The notes beneath the pieces are model-generated. The model was not told where the DNA came from. It worked only from the letters and a program-made list of their open reading frames with translations, and ran no database searches. Positions 60,400-64,000 of a DNA stretch of 64,000 nucleotides are shown here, piece by piece; the first letter of the stretch is position 1, and each line of letters begins with the position of its first letter. The translations under genes were made by a program, and so were the position numbers. This stretch comes from Hydrurus foetidus (taxonomy: Eukaryota), in the NCBI GenBank assembly GCA_900617105.1, contig UYFQ01000001.1, positions 1-64,000 on the forward strand. Reading direction: 5' to 3'.

Positions 60400-61677
60400 T
60401 TACCACTTAGGTCCACGGCGGATCGAGTCGATCTTGGTTTCCAGTTTTTTCACGCTTTCTTCACCCTTGGTCTTGCCCGACAGCACTTCGTGCGCGGCAT
60501 TCCAGAACGCGGCAGACACTTCGTTGTACTTGGCACCCGTGACCGTGGCAGGGCGGGCTACGGCGTTCACGAAGGTGTCGTACAGGTCGCCAAAGAAGGG
60601 GTTGGCCTTGAGCACATCGCCATCTTTGTAGAGTGCCGGGATGGTGGGGTTGTAAGAGCCGCGAATGGCGCGGTCTTTTTGCACTTCAGCACTGGTCAGG
60701 TACATCACCAAATCAGCAGATTCTTTGGGGTGCTTGGAGTACTTGCTGACCGCCAATTGCCAGCCGCCCAGCGTGGCTGCGCTCTTGCCGTTCTCGCCTT
60801 TAGGCAAGGCGACCACACCGACTTTGCCTTTGACAGGGCTGTCAGCACCTTGGCTCAATGACCATGCGTAAGGCCAGTTGCGCATGAACACGGCATTGCC
60901 TTTTTGGAACACGCCACGGGCATCTTCTTCACCGTAGTTCAGGATACCGGTGGGGGTGATGGTGCCAATCCAAGCTGCTGCGGTGTTCAGCGCTTTAGCG
61001 GCTGCGGGGTTGTTGATGGTGGTTTTGCCGCTGGCATCCACAATGGAGCCGCCGCCGAAGCTCGACACCCATTCCAGTGCGTTGCAGCTCAAGCCTTCGT
61101 AGGCTTTGGCTTGGAACACAAAACCTTGCATGTCGGCATTGCCCGCTTTGCGCTCAGCGTCCATCACTTTTTGCGCGGTAGCGGTCAGCTCAGCCCAGGT
61201 GGTGGGGGGCTTTTCACCGGCTTTGCTCAGCAAGTCTTTGCGGTAGTACAGCACGCCCGCATCGGTGAACCAAGGCATAGCGACCAGCTTGCCGTTCAAA
61301 GTGTTGTTGGCCACGATGGCGGGGAAGTGGGTTTTCTCAACGCCCTTGCTGTAAGGGGTCAAGTCCAGCAAATGGTCTTTGATGATGCCGGGCCACACCA
61401 CGTCCACCGTCACCACGTCCACGTCGGTTGATTTGGCGGCGAACATTTGGCGGAACAAGCCCAAGATGTCCGAGGTGGACTGGGGGATCGTCAGGTGCTT
61501 GACGGTGTTGCCGGTCTTGGCGCTCCAGTCGTCGGTGGCTTTTTTGCAGAAATCAAAGTCTTGACCTACGGTGCCGCAAGACACAGTGACACTCACGCCC
61601 GCTTGTGCCCCAAAGGCCGCCAAGCTCATCAGCACAGCGGCTGCGGTTTTGGTTAAATTTACAGATTTCATAGTCAT
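60400..61677 (-). CDS. Sugar ABC substrate-binding protein (alpha-glucoside/trehalose-maltose type)
   Basis: Signal peptide (AQA); DVVWPG, MPWFTDAG.LYYRKDLL, AYEGL, FMRNWPY, TLGGWQL. Confidence 0.92.
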   Translation of the reverse strand: MTMKSVNLTKTAAAVLMSLAAFGAQAGVSVTVSCGTVGQDFDFCKKATDDWSAKTGNTVKHLTIPQSTSDILGLFRQMFAAKSTDVDVVTVDVVWPGIIKDHLLDLTPYSKGVEKTHFPAIVANNTLNGKLVAMPWFTDAGVLYYRKDLLSKAGEKPPTTWAELTATAQKVMDAERKAGNADMQGFVFQAKAYEGLSCNALEWVSSFGGGSIVDASGKTTINNPAAAKALNTAAAWIGTITPTGILNYGEEDARGVFQKGNAVFMRNWPYAWSLSQGADSPVKGKVGVVALPKGENGKSAATLGGWQLAVSKYSKHPKESADLVMYLTSAEVQKDRAIRGSYNPTIPALYKDGDVLKANPFFGDLYDTFVNAVARPATVTGAKYNEVSAAFWNAAHEVLSGKTKGEESVKKLETKIDSIRRGPKW

Positions 61678-61743
61678 CCTTGTTTATGTCAATGTGCCCT
61701 TGGGGGAATTCAAGCTCTGCATCTGCTGTGTTTGGCGATGCCT

Positions 61744-61842
61744 TCAAAGCGCTTTGAGTCTATCCAAAGCGCTTTGAATTTTGATTGAGGACTTACCCTT
61801 AGACTGAAAACAAGTTACTGGCGCGTTACCAAAGCGTTATGG
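61744..61842. promoter_or_regulatory. Three LacI-family operators
   Basis: TCAAAGCGCTTTGA (61744-61757, perfect), CCAAAGCGCTTTGA (61764-61777), CCAAAGCGTTATGG (61829-61842); central CG typical of LacI-family sites. Confidence 0.85.
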
Positions 61843-61895
61843 GGCGTCTATGGCATAGTCCATGCCAACTCCCCAATGCGTCAACCCCATTGCCT

Positions 61896-62912
61896 ATGTC
61901 GCTCAAGAAAATCGCTGAAGAACTTGGTTTGTCCTTGACCACCGTCAGCCGTGCGCTCAACGGCTACCCCGAGGTCGCCCAAGCGACGCGCACTGCTGTC
62001 ATGGCCGCCGCCGCGCGTCACCATTACCAGCCCGATGCCCGCGCCCGAGGCTTGGCGCTGGGGTTGACCGATGCTGTGGGCATCGTTTTCCCCATCACGC
62101 CGGGGGACTTGGGTGATGTGCAGTTTTTAGAGGTAGCGAACGCAATGAGCGAGCGCTTCACGCAAGCTGGGCTGGATTTGCTCATCATCTCGGCCCCCGC
62201 CAAAGACGAACTGGCCACCTATAAGCGTGCCATCACCGGGCGGCGTGTCGGTGCTTTCGTGGTGCCCCGCACCCGCGTACAAGACGACCGGCTGGCCTTG
62301 CTGCAACAAAGCAACGTGCCCTTTGTGGCCTATGGTCGCAGCGCTGGCTGTACCGCACCCTATGCCTGGTTCGATTTTGACAACGTGGCCGGTGCCCGCA
62401 TGGCGACAGAGCGCCTCGTGGGCTTGGGCCACCAGCGTGTGGGCTACCTGGGCGCTTCACCTGAATACAACTTTGCCGACCAGCGTTTTCAGGGCTTCAC
62501 CATGGCCATGCAGGGCGCAGGCTTTCTCCCTGACGCCGATGCGGTACAGCGCACCGCCTTAGACAAGCGCTCAGGCTACGCCGCCATGCAACGCCTGCTG
62601 GCCCTGCCCGAGCCCCCCACTGCCGTAGTGGTGGACAACCACCTCGCTGGCGTGGGTGCGGTTCACGCCGCGCTACAAGCCGGCTGCATGCTGGGGCAAG
62701 ATTTATCACTGATCGTCTATGACGGCGTAGGCCCCGACTCGGTGATCCACAGTGCCATCACGTCGATTGAGCAGCCCACCCCCAGCTTGGTGGGCTTTGT
62801 GCTGGCCGAATTGGTACTGGCCCGCCTGCGCGGCGAAGCGCCTGAGATGCTGCAACGCCTGCGCATGCCGGTGCTGCTGGTAGGCGACAGCGATGGGCCA
62901 CCTCGGGGGTAA
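61896..62912 (+). CDS. LacI-family regulator (AglR-like)
   Basis: SLKKIAEELGLSLTTVSRALNG, YQPDARARGL, DFDN, GHQRV. Confidence 0.94.
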   Translation: MSLKKIAEELGLSLTTVSRALNGYPEVAQATRTAVMAAAARHHYQPDARARGLALGLTDAVGIVFPITPGDLGDVQFLEVANAMSERFTQAGLDLLIISAPAKDELATYKRAITGRRVGAFVVPRTRVQDDRLALLQQSNVPFVAYGRSAGCTAPYAWFDFDNVAGARMATERLVGLGHQRVGYLGASPEYNFADQRFQGFTMAMQGAGFLPDADAVQRTALDKRSGYAAMQRLLALPEPPTAVVVDNHLAGVGAVHAALQAGCMLGQDLSLIVYDGVGPDSVIHSAITSIEQPTPSLVGFVLAELVLARLRGEAPEMLQRLRMPVLLVGDSDGPPRG

Positions 62913-62926
62913 GGTGGCAGGGGGAA

Positions 62927-62983
62927 AGTATGATTTTGATAGCTGATGGCGCTTTACTATATTGCTCAAAGGGCTATTTTGAT
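62927..62983 (+). repeat. Dispersed ~50 bp motif copy (intergenic, tail overlaps the last ORF stop)
   Basis: AGTATGATTTTGATAGC at 62927-62943 followed by TGATGGCGCTTT..TTGC..GGGCTATTTT. Confidence 0.7.
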
Positions 62984-64000
62984 CCTGTAAGCCGCTTGTA
63001 CATCAGTTTGGCTGCCCCTTTGATTTCAGGTTCCAGCACCTCTAGCATCTCAGGTCGTTTTTCTAACGCTGCTTCATAAGCCAGCAGCAAAGGGCGAGCG
63101 TGCCGGGCGAGGCCTAGGTCTAGCAAGGTGTCACGCACGGTGATGGCGTGTTCGCCTTTTTGGAGGATGGGGGCCAGAAAGTTTTCAATGAACTCTTTAC
63201 TGGTCAAGGCTGTAGAGGTGTCTAGCTCTTTGATGAAGAGTTGACTCAATGTTTCACGCAGATCCGGCTTGCCTGCAACAGCGAAGGCATAGCGGGCTGA
63301 TGACAGCAGGCTGGCACTTTGAGGGTCTTGGATGCCTGTTTGTATCTCTTCCACGCTGAACATGGCCTCTAAAAATTGCGTTAAGCCGATGACGTTTTGC
63401 CGTATGCGGCGGCTGCCGCGCATTTGCAGCCACAGGCGGAAAAGTTGCTCTGTCATGCGGTACTGGGTACGGCCATGAGCCGCTGATTTTTCAACCAAGC
63501 CTTCTCGCTCCAGCGGGTCAAGTTGGGCGGATACCGTGCTGGTGGGCAGGCCGGCATGGGCGCTGATTTCTGCGGCGGTGATGCCAAACCGCAGCGCTGT
63601 ACCGTCACCGGGGCGGCACACAGCCAGGGCGTGCATCACCACTTGGGCTTGCTCGGCCAAGTCTTCAAAACGGGCTTTGTAGTAGGGCGTGGTGATGTCC
63701 ATCAGACGCTCAAAATCTTCGACAGCCCGGCTGTTGGGCCCAAGGCGCAGCAGCTCGAAGATCAGGCCCAATGCCCTGGGGTTTCCGCCCGTGAGTTCGT
63801 ACAGCGCCTCTACCCGGCTGGGTCGGTCTTGCAGGCGCTGTTTGACTTCGGGCACGCCTTGCGCGTCTGCCAGTTTGTTGAGGACGAGGTGAACTTCGGC
63901 CAGCCCCAGTTTGCCCAATCGCTTAGGGATGAAGAAATCGTAAAACGCCTTGTCGTAATCGGTAAAGGGTTCTGACAGCCGCACCGAGCCGCCGATGACG
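62974..64000 (-). CDS. C-terminal part of a probable P-loop ATPase with winged helix (5' end outside the window)
   Basis: AFYDFF, LTGGNPR, TPYYKARFEDL, AEIS..TVSAQL..LEREGLV..Y..EQLFRLW; frame open to the window edge; Walker motifs not visible. Confidence 0.7.
   Translation of the reverse strand, partial: VIGGSVRLSEPFTDYDKAFYDFFIPKRLGKLGLAEVHLVLNKLADAQGVPEVKQRLQDRPSRVEALYELTGGNPRALGLIFELLRLGPNSRAVEDFERLMDITTPYYKARFEDLAEQAQVVMHALAVCRPGDGTALRFGITAAEISAHAGLPTSTVSAQLDPLEREGLVEKSAAHGRTQYRMTEQLFRLWLQMRGSRRIRQNVIGLTQFLEAMFSVEEIQTGIQDPQSASLLSSARYAFAVAGKPDLRETLSQLFIKELDTSTALTSKEFIENFLAPILQKGEHAITVRDTLLDLGLARHARPLLLAYEAALEKRPEMLEVLEPEIKGAAKLMYKRLTGSK

Overview
A 64 kb, high-GC chromosomal segment of a betaproteobacterium. 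Gene content and order suggest a Comamonadaceae/Rhodoferax-like host (inference). About 55 CDS are supported. Left to right: argH (partial) with an AlgZ/AlgR-like two-component pair; edd-eda; an OmpA-domain gene; sodC; a lone ATPase with a phased CTATAG array upstream; metY; a Mo-oxidoreductase locus split by RelE/Phd and HipBA modules; gloA; a 4.65 kb block flanked by a duplicated 3' end of a PaaI thioesterase gene; an AAA/PD-(D/E)XK gene; an alkB-araC islet; a 13 kb putative N-acyl-D-amino-sugar-acid catabolic cluster; an acyl-CoA ligase/hydrolase/WS-DGAT cluster; and an alpha-glucoside ABC operon extended with a GH65 phosphorylase, beta-PGM and a maltoporin. No rRNA, tRNA, CRISPR array, transposase or integrase was seen. 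The most unusual signal is a dispersed, gapless ~50 bp motif (17 bp core GCTAY-N7-RKAGC plus fixed-offset GC dinucleotides). It occurs at least 10 times, mostly inside coding sequences, on both strands and in different frames. All calls come from reading the sequence and ORF translations; no searches were run.
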